A model generated the notes under the pieces. That model had not been told where the DNA came from, made no database searches, and saw nothing but the letters and a program-made list of their open reading frames with translations. From Selaginella moellendorffii (lineage: Eukaryota > Plantae > Lycopodiophyta), in assembly GCF_000143415.4 (NCBI RefSeq), contig NW_003314262.1:2964603-3028602 (forward strand): 64,000 nt of DNA, written 5' to 3'. Shown one piece after another: positions 11,571 to 23,490 of this stretch. The translations under genes were made by a program, and so were the position numbers. The first letter of the stretch is position 1. Every line of letters begins with the position of its first letter.

Positions 11571-14133
11571 AGGCCATTTTCGAGGCTAGCAAGCCTAAGT
11601 CCGAAATAGGACTTATGGAGGTTGTGAGTGAGACTCCTCCAAGTGGTCGGAGGTGTGGTTAAGTGACTAAAGTAGAATGGAAAAATTAGTCGCTTACATA
11701 AAAATCTAGATGACATAATTTACAATATCGCAAAATTGAAGCTTACATATAAGCAACAAATAGAGACTATAGAGCTCCTTAATGTCTGCTTGATAAACAG
11801 AGAAAAAAGACTGCCAGAACTATTTGAGAACATGATGATAAAGGCTGTCTACATCACGCAAACTATAAGTGAAGGTGAAAAGTTTTTAGCACCGCACATT
11901 GGTGATGATCCAGATGGCATATTCATGCTTTTCAACACCTACATCAACACATCATTGGAAGGGATTGAAAAGAGGTGGCTCCCAGAGAAGTCTATAAGCA
12001 CAACAACTTATGATTGCCAACATGGTTAACCTTATTTCATGTGACATGCAGCTTACAAGTATAATATGATTTCTAAGACTATTTTTAAATATATATTGTT
12101 TATAAGTATCTTTGATATAGAGGCATGCTATTTGAGGCACTAGTTTGCACTCAACTTATTGCAAAGGGTGTAAGGGATGGAGGAGTGTACCCAACAATGT
12201 TTGCAAGAGTTCCAAATGCACAGAAGATAGAATGCCCTTGGGAGTTGGAGCTCCTAGGGAAGGAGACCTCTACACTAGACTACGAAGAAGTTGTCAATGC
12301 TAGTAACCATGGCAATACAAGTGATAATGGAGACCAGGATGAGGAAACTTCAGATCAAGTTCACATTCCACCACCAGATAGTTAGGATCAGGCTCCAATT
12401 CAACCATAAAACAACCAAGATTTAGATCAGGTTCCACCAGTAAATAACAATGATCAAGTGGTTCATAGAATATCATGTCGACCTCAAGGTAAGCAAAAGT
12501 GAATTTTACAAACTAAAGGTGGTAATACATGTTTTTTGCAACAATGACTATTGGTAGTAATTTCATTCCAATTCGATGAAATGCTCGTGAAGAGGAGTTA
12601 GAGGAACTCTTATCGACAACATGCTATATGACAATAGTATATTATTCATTGCTTTTTTCATTCACTTAATTATTCTATAGGTCTGTCCTATTTCCCCAAT
12701 AACACACCGAGGCATTGTGGGTGTCTTCATTGTCTCCTATAGTAAATTGTTGACATCTTTCATAGAAGATGACGTCAATATGGATATACGATGCCAATTC
12801 AATTGTTGGTGCTTAAAGATATAAAGGCCCTTCTGCCCAGTTGAGGATTTCATTCTCTTCGACTTTCCAGATGGTCTTTCAGATATCAATGGGAAAGTTG
12901 AGGATTGGAACTTTCTCACACCTGATCACATACACGATGCATTCCTCTTGTTCGAAGCACTTATGCTCGAAGTTGGCCATGTCGTCTTCATCCTACTGAA
13001 TGACCCAATTGGATGTATGAGCTTATAACATGTGTAGTAGAAGTTCATTTCAAGTCATTCTCTTCCGGTGCATCATGGATCCTATTGGCATTGATACGAG
13101 GGGCATCCAAGGGAAGCTTGAAAATGCGAGTATGTATTTTATCTTTTTATCTAATTTCTAAACTTTTTTATTTTCCAGGTTACGATGTGGACCTATCATG
13201 CCTTCTGCAGAAACACACATGATAGGTTTTGTGATAGCGAATGTGTAAAACGTGTTTTGCCTGGGTACGATAGTTCCACTATCCTACCCAACCTTGTGGA
13301 TGAGCAAATCCACAACACATTTCCAAGGTACTGATTTTGAACTCTATCAGCGATGCAAATCTTGCTTGAGCTTTATTGCCCACTGGATGGTGTTGTGATT
13401 GATTGCAGAGCATGTAGCAGTTCTATGGTGGAGGTAGTATGTGACTCTGGTAAGTCAGTGTTTGCTATTAAAGAATATCATTTCTTCAAACGTTAGCTTA
13501 AAGGATTTCGTGAGTTGCCTCCAACCTCAAGGAGGTAAATTATGTTTATTAAAATTTCAATATATGTTTATTCTATTTTATAGATCACAGTCACTTGGAG
13601 TTTCTAGAATTTGAGGCTTTGGAAGTCTCTCTGACTATGCAGAAGCTATGCCTCAATATATGCAAAGTGAATCTTCCCCACAATACCAATATAGGAGGAA
13701 GCATAATATATTGGTGATGTGGTAGAATAAAGTTAATTATATCCTTACATAAAATGAAAAACTTGTTATATATCAAATATCAGTGAAAGTGTTAAATGTC
13801 AATATAAGTGTTAGATATCATAATTACAAATTTTCATTCTCACTTGTCACCATCATTTTGTAGCATTTGTCTGTTGCCATCTCCTCTTTCAACATCTTAT
13901 AAATTTTATCTAATATAATAGCACATTTTAGACCAAAGTATGTTACCTACAATTAATATCATTTTATTATATTTTTTCTTTTAGAAGTGACAATACTATA
14001 GTATAGTAAAGTAATTTTAGATCTTACATTCCATTGTAGGGTGGCATAAAATCCTTATATTTTGCACTAGCTGATACAGTGTTTCCCAAGGGGATGTTGT
14101 TCCTCACCATGAAGCGATAGTGAGTATATATCT

Positions 14134-14208
14134 ATAACTCATTCTTAAATCTATTGTACATCCATATTTTGCACATATGGATGTACAATAGATTTAAGAA
14201 TGAGTTAT
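14134..14208. repeat. Perfect 34-bp inverted repeat with 7-nt loop
   Basis: ataactcattcttaaatctattgtacatccatat-tttgcac-atatggatgtacaatagatttaagaatgagttat. Confidence 0.9.
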
Positions 14209-14699
14209 TAAACCTATTGTTGGGCAATTTCTATAGTGCTCAATAAAAGTTTGTAAACCCATAGAGCCAGGTGTCTTGTCCAAGAAAAAGTAGCATATTA
14301 GACACCAAATGTAATAGTATTTTGTGCTTTCAAGTAGTCTTGCCATGTCCAGAGCAAGATCTTGCAAAAACATGTGGCATTGCTCTTGAAGTGTTACAAG
14401 CAATCCCTCTCCAGTAGCAAGATGTGGAATTTCATATATAGGGAGCTCTAATTCAACTTCAATAAAGCCTTCAGCAGAAAAAAAGATTGTTATGTGGAGG
14501 TGAGATGGAATGTTGATAGAACTTGTGGATGGAGGTGGAGATTGATATGAAATGCTGGGGGGCCAAATATGAGTAGCAATGACTTTCCTTTGAGCCATTT
14601 CAATACAAACTTCCAAGGAGTTCAAGGAGAATAAAAATCCCAACTCAAATCCAATGAGGATTTAAACATTCTAATATCATTCACTAACTCTTTCTTTCG

Positions 14700-16984
14700 T
14701 AAAATTAGTCCATAATTAAATCACTTTTTCAAGGAAAAGCAAAGCTCAACACTTACTAAATAATTTTGTCTAGAACACAATTAACTCAATTTGTTACTCA
14801 ATTTATTTGAACATCAATATAGTTGCTAACTAACAAATGCACGAATGCTAATAACATAAAGCTACAACCAAGCATTAACACTATTTTGTATCAAGATTAA
14901 TAAAATTCAATATCAATCCTACGGAGAGACATCTCATCCCACTTGAATCTCAATAACAATAATATAAATGATAAGGCATCACTTCAATGCCATCAACACC
15001 ATAATAAAGCTAATAGAAAGCAAGAGTGAATCATCACCCAAAACTCTTTAGCAACCAAACTAACCAAAGTCAAAAATACTTTAGTCAGTATCTAAGACCA
15101 ATCCTTTAACAATACTTAGTTTCAGATAACACATTATCAAAGAGTGATTTACCACATCCAAAACTCAATGAAATCCAACACCACAAATTAAATATAACCA
15201 AATGATATCGACAAAGTTAGAGTTGATATGCCAACATCGAAAACCCATGTAAGTTTAACAACACAATCTTCCACAACACTATCTGGTAAAGCAAGCCCAT
15301 CATTGATAAATCTTCATTGAGCAAAGCAAGTATCAATAGTCCTTGACAAAGTTTATAAGCAATCACTAGTCACAAAACAACTAACAATCATTCTTTCAAC
15401 TTGCCTTTTACAAGACCCAAACACTAAACTCATGTTATCAAGTTATATACTTGTCCATTATGAACATAATACCCCAGGTATGAGATTAAGGTCCATAGAC
15501 AAGCATGAATTAAATGACTACTCGAATCTAACTCAACCACAATAAGGTCACAAACACATATAACCAATAGCTTTGAGTATGTCTTGAAGAAACTAACTAT
15601 ACATTATCAATACTTAATCAAAACTAAAGTGAAGACCATGAGATGGACTCATATTGTTACACAACTTCCTCATAGACAAAGCTATAATATAGGTACTAAC
15701 ACTTCAATTTCAAACAACTAAGTTGAACATTACTATTCTCAGCCTCAACTGGATGACAAAGGAGAGACTTTGGAAAACGCTCAAATCATAGACGTGCTCA
15801 ATATGTACATGAAAGCACAAAGTTATCAAGACAAAATCAAGATTAATGAAAGCTCACTACTCTCATAAAGTTTAACGAAATGCAAGGTGCAACCTACCAT
15901 CTAGCATAACACTATAGAAGAAAGGCATAAGAGTCATTTTTCTAGGGAAGTGCAATAATCATTTTTCTACATGAACTTCAGACTTTATCCAACTCAATTG
16001 CCTTATCCCCAAAAGTTAATATCCTTTTTAGGCCACATCATACAAACTATATACTAAAGTCTAAGCTAATTAAAGTCAATTCCAACCCTTTCACTAGTGT
16101 ATATTAGCTTTAAAAAATGGAATGGTTTTCGAGCAAAATGAGCAATAGATCAACCATTGGAAAAGTCTAAGAAAATTTGTGGAAAATTTTCCATCAAGAG
16201 AAAAAATAACTTTTAATCTACGAATACAAAGTTTTCAAGACTCAACCAACTTCCTCTTACTAACAACTTCACATAAGTTCACTTCAACGTAAATTCTCAT
16301 GACTTATAGTCTCGAATATCATGCCCATATTTCCGACATCCAACACCGACATCCTAAAAATGCAAATGAATATTCAAGACTCGATCATGAAGACCATATC
16401 TTCAGATATCCACATTGCACTAACATTCTTTTTCAATCACCTTCAAGATCCAATATGAAGCTAAAACACTAACAAGAAAAGATGAAATGAAAAATCAAGA
16501 TCTAAAGAAAAATTCCTTATCAATTAAAATAACAATGCCACTTCCACTAACACAAGTGCTAGCAATGTCAGTATCTTAATATTATACTTTCTCCATCTAA
16601 CAATCAACTCCAAGTGCTAATAGATAAATGAATAAGCCATAGCAAGTGAATGATAACCTTTTCCAACGATTTATGGGCAAACCCCCAAGGAAACAAGGTA
16701 CCAACTCAAGCTTAGCATAATGGACCACCATCAAGAGTCCAGTCAAATGCTATTACATGTAAATAAACTAACTTCACTATCAACCATTTTAGGGTTTATC
16801 ATCATTTAACTAAGTAACTTCATAAACACATTGCTCACTATTATGTAGATATGATATAAGTATCACAATAACTTGATCATTAATTGAGCAACACCATGAG
16901 CAATGCTGTTATTATTACTTCAAAGGTTTATGTGAGTATCAAGTGCCACACCCCACAAAATGTAACATAAATGCCACACCCCAT
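14700..16984. mobile_element. AT-rich decayed repeat, probably an LTR-element internal region; host of the 16985-22585 insertion
   Basis: Long collinear similarity to about 33700-35400; no intact ORFs. Confidence 0.55.
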
Positions 16985-17382
16985 TGTCAAGACCCCCAAC
17001 AAGATCAAGACTGGAAAATGCTAAAGACAAAGAGAAAAAGCTAGTGAAAACAAAGAAGAGGCCTTAGACTGGTGTTGATTCAGATTGTGGAGAAATGGAA
17101 CAAGGCTAACCTATATATACTATAGGTTGATGAAGCTCCACCACTCTTGGATCGAGGACGGCCTAAATACAGCTGAGGTCGAGGAGGCGCCACATCATCA
17201 TCAGGAATGTGACTCGAGACTCAGGAATCGGGAAGTGTCTCGAGAGTCAGGAATAGGGAAGTGTCTCGAGAGTCAGGAATAGAGAAGTGTCTCGAGAGTC
17301 AGGAATGTGGTCTGCAGGTCAGGAATCCGGCGAGAGTCAGGAATGTGGCAAGAATTGGGGGATTCCTGACAGCACCCCCTCC

Positions 17383-20300
17383 TCAAGAACGAGTGGAACA
17401 AGGATGTGAACGAGAACGAAGAGGAGGATGAGATGAGCGGCGAGGGATGGGAGATGGAGAAAAAGAATGAGGACTGGGACGAGAAGGATAGCGGTGGTGG
17501 AAGTCCTGAACAAGGTCAGGAGAATGAATCAGGTTGTCCGCAGGTTCCCAAGTGCGTTCCTCAGGTCCGTAACCCTTCCAGTCCACCAGATAGTAGAGTT
17601 TAGATCGTGAAATCTTGGAATCAAGGATGTCCTAAACCTCGTACTCAGACCCATCCTCGAGCTGCACTGGTGGAGGTGGAGGAATGACCCGATTTGGAAT
17701 AGGACTGGGAATATAAGGCTCAAGGAGAGAGGAGTGAAAAATGGGGTGAATTTGATATGAGGAGGGAAGTGCAAGGCGATAGGTGACAGGATTAATGATG
17801 GCAGTGATAGGGAAAGGACCAAGGCGTTTGAAATCGAGTTTTGGACAGGGCCTGGTGGTGGAGATATTTCGCCTGAGGAGCCAGACTTTATCCCCGATAT
17901 TGTAAGGGGGACAATCCTGACGATGGACATTGGCAAATGTTTTATGAGATTCCTGAGCACGATGGAGGTGGAAGGAGATGGAGTTGTGGATTTCCTGAAG
18001 GTTGGAGATAAATGATTCAGAGCGGGGATTTGAACGAGAGGATTCAGATGGAGAAGGAAGTGAGAGATTGAATCGGGGATTTCGGCCAGAGTTCGCAAAG
18101 AAGGGGGAAACTCGAAGAGAGGAGTGAACAGAGTTGTTATAGGAGAACTCAGCAAGGGGAAGGATATCGAACCAGTTATCCTGATGATAGTTGATGAAGC
18201 ACCTCAAGAATTGTTCCAACGTCTGAATCGTTCGCTCGGACTGCCCATCAGTTTGAGGATGATATGCCGAAGAGAGGTTGGCCTTCACTCCAAGCAGCTG
18301 CAAAAACCGTTGCCAGAAATGAGAGATGAACTGAGGCCCCCGATCCGAAACCACATCTGTAGGAATCCCATGAAGTCGGAAAATTTCCCTGAATACCAGT
18401 TTTGCCATGTCCTCGCCCGAAAACTCCTTGGTACATGGCAAGAAGTGCGCCATCTTTGTGAAGCGATCCACCACGACTAAAATGCTGTTGAAGCCTCCAG
18501 AACTCGGAAGATCACTCAAGAAATCCATGGAGATGGATTCCCAAGGACCTGAAGGGACCGGAAGGGAACGAAGCAAACCTGAAGGAAGGTGGCGAGGTAC
18601 CTTATTCCGGGCACAAGTGTCACAGGAGGTAACAAAAGCTTTGATGTAGTCGTCCATGTGAGGCCACCAAAAGTCCCGTGCAACTAGCTCATAGGTTTTC
18701 GCAATGCCGAAGTGACCAGCAGTCGGGCTATCGTGGCACGCCATCAGGATCAACCTTCGAGCATCACCTTCAGGAACGTAAAGCTGCTCCCCACGGTACA
18801 ATAAGCCATCTAAGAACTCGAACTCGTCAAATCGCCGGCAGTCGGGAGTCACTGGGTGTCCAGCCTGATGATGGGGAAAAATGTCGCTAGCAAGATCATT
18901 GGATTGAAGATCTTTTCTGATTGCATCCATCAAGGAGGAGTCCTGAGGGGCCAGGGAAATTGCCATAACTTGAAGCCGATCAGGACCGAGGATAAATTGA
19001 TCCTGTTGATCGAAGGCAGGATTACCAGGCCTGAGACTGAGATAGGAGCGCCTTGAAAGAGCATCAGGAAGGCCTTGAAACTTTCCAGGTCTGTACTTGA
19101 TAACAAAGTCAAACCGACTCAGGAATTGTGCCCACCTTGCTTGACGACGGCTTAAAACTCGGGAAGTGGCAAAGTACTCGAGATTTTTGTGATCCGTCCA
19201 GACTGTTGTTTGATGGCTCGCCCCCTCCAAGAAACGGCGCCACTCTCCAAAGGAATCCACGATGGCAAGAAGCTCCTTGTCGTGGATTTCGTAATTGATC
19301 TCCGCAGGCTGGAATTTCCGAGAATGGAAAGCGACCGGATGAAGTTCGTGATCCGCTCCGAGTTGAGATAGCACAGCACCAATGGCAAAGTCGGAGGCGT
19401 CAGCCTCGATGAAGAAAGGTTGTGAGGAATTAGCATGGATCAAGACAGGAGCAGAACTGAAGGCCGCCTTGAGTGTGTCGAAGGCCTGCTGGGCAGCAGC
19501 AGACCAAGAGAAGGGAACATCCTTGCGAGTGAGATGTGTGAGAGGAAGGACAATGTCAGAGTAGTGATCAATGAATTTGCGGTAGAAGTTGGCGAAGCCA
19601 AGGAAAACCTGAACGTCTGACATTGATTGTGGAGGCTCCCATTCGAGAATAGTCTTGACTTTAGCAGGATCCATCGTGATACCCTCAGGAGTGACAATGT
19701 ACCCAAGGAACTCCACAGACTGCTGATCAAAGGAACATTTCTCAAGCTTCGCGTATAGGCCGTGTTCTCGCAGCTTCGCTAGCACCTTGCGAACATGTTC
19801 GTCATGCTCCTCCTGAGTTTTTGAGTAGATGAGGATGTCATCGAGGTAGACGATCACCATCTGATCAAGAAACTCCCGAAAAACGTCGTTCGCCATGTGT
19901 TGGAAAACCGCTGGAGCATTTGTCAAGCCAAATGGCATGACAGTGTACTCGAAGTGGCCATAGCGGGTTCGGAACGCAGTCTTCCATTCATCACCAGGCC
20001 GGATCCGGATCAGGTTGTATGCTCCACGGAGGTCGATCTTGGTGAAGAAGCGGGCACCGCCGAGGCATTCCAACAGGTCCGAGATCAGGGGCAGCGGATA
20101 ACGGTTCCGAACAGTCACCTTGTTCAAACCTCGGTAGTCGATGACTAGCCGCAAGCTCCCATCCTTCTTCTTGACAAAGAAGACAGGCGCTCCAGCCGGG
20201 GACTGCGAATGCTGAATGTAGCCCGAGGCAAGGTTCTCATCCACGTACTCTTTGAGGGCCTTAAGCTCGGACGGGGATAACCCGTAGATAGGCCCCCACG

Positions 20301-21156
20301 GAGGTGATGCTCCTTCCTGTAAATCAATGGGACAATCATAAGGCCGATGAACAGGCAGTACACTAGCTTTTTTCTTGTCAAACACATCCCCAAAATCATG
20401 ATACTTCTCAGGAAGACTGACAGGAGAAACATGCAAAGCAAAAAGAAAAAGAGGTTCTTCATGAAGGAGTTCTTTCATAGTGATTGTGGAGATAGGAGGA
20501 GGGGTACGACTAAATGGAATGATGAGACGAGGATACTGTCCAGTGTAAGATGGAAGAGAGGAAAAAGAAGAGGATGAAAACTGCGTAGAGTCAGGAACAG
20601 AACCCCGACTTGAGTTTAGGGAACTTTTCCTGATTTGGACTCGATGAACACCAGGGGAAGCCGTGGGAGATGGTGATGTGGGAGAGATAAGCTGTAAGTC
20701 CTTCCAACAAATCTGAGGCTGATGTAGTTGGAACCAAGGAAGACCGAGCACCACAGAGGAAGACTTGCTGTTGATGATGTTGAAGGCGATATCGGTGACG
20801 GTGGACCCGATGTGTACTCAAACGGGCAACGTTTCCCTAAGTCCAGAAGATGGAGACACAAAATGCCCGCCGATGCCTTCAACCCTCAGATCCCGTATGG
20901 TAGGAGAAAGAGGAACGTGATGTCGGGCAGCAAAGTCCGTGTCCATGAAGCAGGAAGTTGCACCCGAGTCCAGTAGCGCCAAAGCCTTGAGTCTTGATTG
21001 TCCGGTGAAAGAAAGGAGACATGGGACGCGGAAGTTGCGGGAATTGGTGGTGGCTTTGATGAAAGGTGGTGAGGAGCTTGATAAGGAAGAAAAGTGATTT
21101 TTATTTGGGGAGTCCAAACAGACAGCTCCTACTCTGTTTGGATAGGGTCGTTTCCC
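17383..21156 (-). pseudogene. pol: Pol polyprotein (protease, RT, RNase H, integrase, chromodomain) with two in-frame premature stops
   Basis: [59 protein letters not shown], and EYEV*DILDS..YLVDWKGYGPEERTWEP. Stops at 20818-20820 and 17632-17634 lie in the same frame. Confidence 0.92.
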
Positions 21157-22101
21157 GACTGCAATAGTGGTGGACTTTGAGGCAGAGTGAACTCGAGCAA
21201 TCGGGGAGGCTTCCTGGGACACACAGCTGCTTTGTGATTAGGATCAGCACAGTAGAGGCAAAGATTATGAGATATTCGATGTTGCCTCTCAGCAGGACTC
21301 AACTTCCCTCTAATGAGTCGGGGAGTACCAGAAATATCCATCGGGACCGGAGCAGTAGGTTCAGGACTATGCCCCGAAGACTCAAGCTGGGATTCCTGAG
21401 TCTGGGACGGAAAAACAGCGGCGCGGCGACTTTCCTGACGACGTTCAAAGAGACGATTGTCACATCGAACAGCTTTGTTGATGGCGTCCGACAGGTCCTT
21501 GGGATCCTCCATGGTGAGCAACAAATCCTTGACACCGTTGTTGAGGCCGAAACGAAATTGGTCAATCAGGGCCCGCTCATCCCACTGAGTGTCCAAGGCA
21601 AGGAGTTGGAACTCTGCAGCGTAGATCGAGGCAGGACGAGACCCCTGAGAGAGACGTCTCATCTTTGTGGTAGCAGCCCGAACCCGATCCGTCTCGCCAA
21701 AACATGCTTCGAGCTTCTCTTTGAACAATTGAAGATCCATCAGCTCCGGAACCACGACCCCTTTCATGCTCTTCTCCAGAAGAGGAGAAAACCATGACAA
21801 AGCTGCACCCTCGAGCAACGTCCCAATCGCGCCGATTTGAGACTCGGGAGTGGGGTACCGCCGATGTTGAAGTGCAAAGATCAGCTCCATTTGATTCAAA
21901 AATCCACGAAGCTCCGAACGCTTGCCTGAAAATTTCGCCGGGAAACTCACCTTCGGTTCAGGAACTTTGCTGGATCCTTGAGCCGAAAGTGAAGCAAGCT
22001 CCTGCTGCATGCGAAGAAGGGTTGCCTTCAGCTCGGTATTCTCAGACTGGATTTTTGACAAGGACTTCGGCAAAGAAATCAGAATGGCTTGGAGACTCCA
22101 T
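21129..22101 (-). CDS. gag: Gag (retrotransposon gag domain plus CCHC zinc knuckle); probable 1-nt frameshift near the 5' end
   Basis: PAKFSGKRSELRGFLNQ, LLEGAALSWF, LSQGSRPASIYAAEF, CLYCADPNHKAAVC. The ATG at 22101 (MESPSHSDFFAEVLVK) joins the main frame only if one base of the T5 run at 22052-22056 is removed. Confidence 0.85.
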
Positions 22102-23490
22102 TGGCAAGAAGAAAGAAAAGAAAGGGGGGAAACGACAAAGGCAATCAAATAATCAAAACAAGCTAAAAGAAAAGCAAAAAACACAATCTGAATCAAACTG
22201 TCAAGACCCCCAACAAGATCAAGACTGGAAAATGCTAAAGACAAAGAGAAAAAGCTAGTGAAAACAAAGAAGAGGCCTTAGACTGGTGTTGATTCAGATT
22301 GTGGAGAAATGGAACAAGGCTAACCTATATATACTATAGGTTGATGAAGCTCCACCACTCTTGGATCGAGGACGGCCTAAATACAGCTGAGGTCGAGGAG
22401 GCGCCACATCATCATCAGGAATGTGACTCGAGACTCAGGAATCGGGAAGTGTCTTGAGAGTCAGGAATAGGGAAGTGTCTCGAGAGTCAGGAATAGGGAA
22501 GTGTCTCGAGAGTCAGGAATGTGGTCTGCAGGTCAGGAATCCGGCGAGAGTCAGGAATGTGGCAAGAATTGGGGGATTCCTGACACCCATTGATAGAGGT
22601 TTACAACACCTAATATCATTAATTTTGTTTTATAACACAGACAAGTTCATGCCACTCTCTTTCTGACCAAACGAATCCAACACCAAGTTACTCAAGGATC
22701 AATAACTAGGTTCTCTAGAAAAGAATTGAGCATTGTAACCCAAGTCTTCAATAACAAGCTTAGATAAAATAGTTTAACGCTTCACCACTATCCATCCTAC
22801 GACTCACCATTTGTAAAACCACCATAATCAACATGTATCAAGATAGGGATTCTCAATTACATAATATAAACACAAGCAATGAATTAATACCTCCTTGCAA
22901 ATCATCTCTCCAAGAGAAGAAAATAATTTACATGTTTGATCTTTCATCCCTGATAACTCCCTTTTTGGTCTTAAAAGAGTTCAGGATCTACATTCTATAG
23001 ATATGCTAAATTAGCAATTCTAGACATTTTCTATAAAATAACAATTGGGACTGAACAAGACCAACACATAAGGTATGATAGAGTGAGGGTTCTTGGCAAA
23101 CACGGTAAGTTATCATCCAGTGATATTGAGGGATTAGTCTCAATATGCGAGGGTTCTTATCACTATCTAGTGTAAAATACAATGAGACGGAAACTCTTAC
23201 CGAGCTAAGTATGCTTAGCTAATAACACATATGAATTCTGTCATTATACTTGTTTGGTCTAAGTACACTCGAAATGCCCAATTAACTCCACTAACACAAA
23301 AGGGATTAATAAAAGGTCTAGCAATATTGGCCTCCTGCCATCATGGCACTATAGAAAGAATATCCGAAAGGACTAGCTGAAAAATAACTTTTGATACCTG
23401 AAGTCACATTCATGAGAAAAATCAAGATCCAAAGAAAATTCTTCGTCACTCAAAACAACAAGGTCACTTCCACTAATATAAGTTATAATG

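Larger units (their letters stand above)
3543..11698 (+). mobile_element. Non-autonomous (LARD-like) LTR retrotransposon; LTRs 3543-5198 and 9239-11698 (3' LTR enlarged by a nested TRIM)
   Basis: TG...CA termini (5' LTR ends GA), 5-bp TSD TAAAA (3538-3542 and 11699-11703), PBS tggtatcggag at 5202, PPT gggtggtggag at about 9227. No intact ORF internally; N gap at 6716-6815. Confidence 0.9.
2137..13650 (+). pseudogene. Decayed multi-exon gene: Pro-rich N-terminus, ParB/Srx-like domain, beta-class amino-DNA-methyltransferase-like domain; interrupted by the LTR element at 3543-11698
   Basis: Manual translation: MF*IIDDNH*YGAWMKCID at 2789 (about IIDGNHR); DFILFDFPDGL at 12846-12878 (motif IV-like); MQILLELYCPLDGVVIDCRACSSSMVEVVCDSGKSVFAIKE at 13353-13475 (motif I/II-like). 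GT-AG introns are present. Removing the LTR element and one TAAAA copy restores a continuous exon (NKNLDDIIYNIAKLKLTYKQQ). Many stop codons. Confidence 0.6.
16985..22585 (-). mobile_element. Full-length Ty3/gypsy chromovirus (Tcn1/Tf1-like), recent insertion; LTRs 22199-22585 (5') and 16985-17371 (3')
   Basis: 387-bp TG...CA LTRs differing at only two positions that I could find; TSD CCCAT; PPT at 17372-17384; gag-PR-RT-RH-IN-chromodomain order. Confidence 0.97.

Noticed and set aside
14194-14643. 149-aa minus-strand ORF
   Set aside because: No recognisable motif, non-ATG start, lies in decayed repeat DNA.
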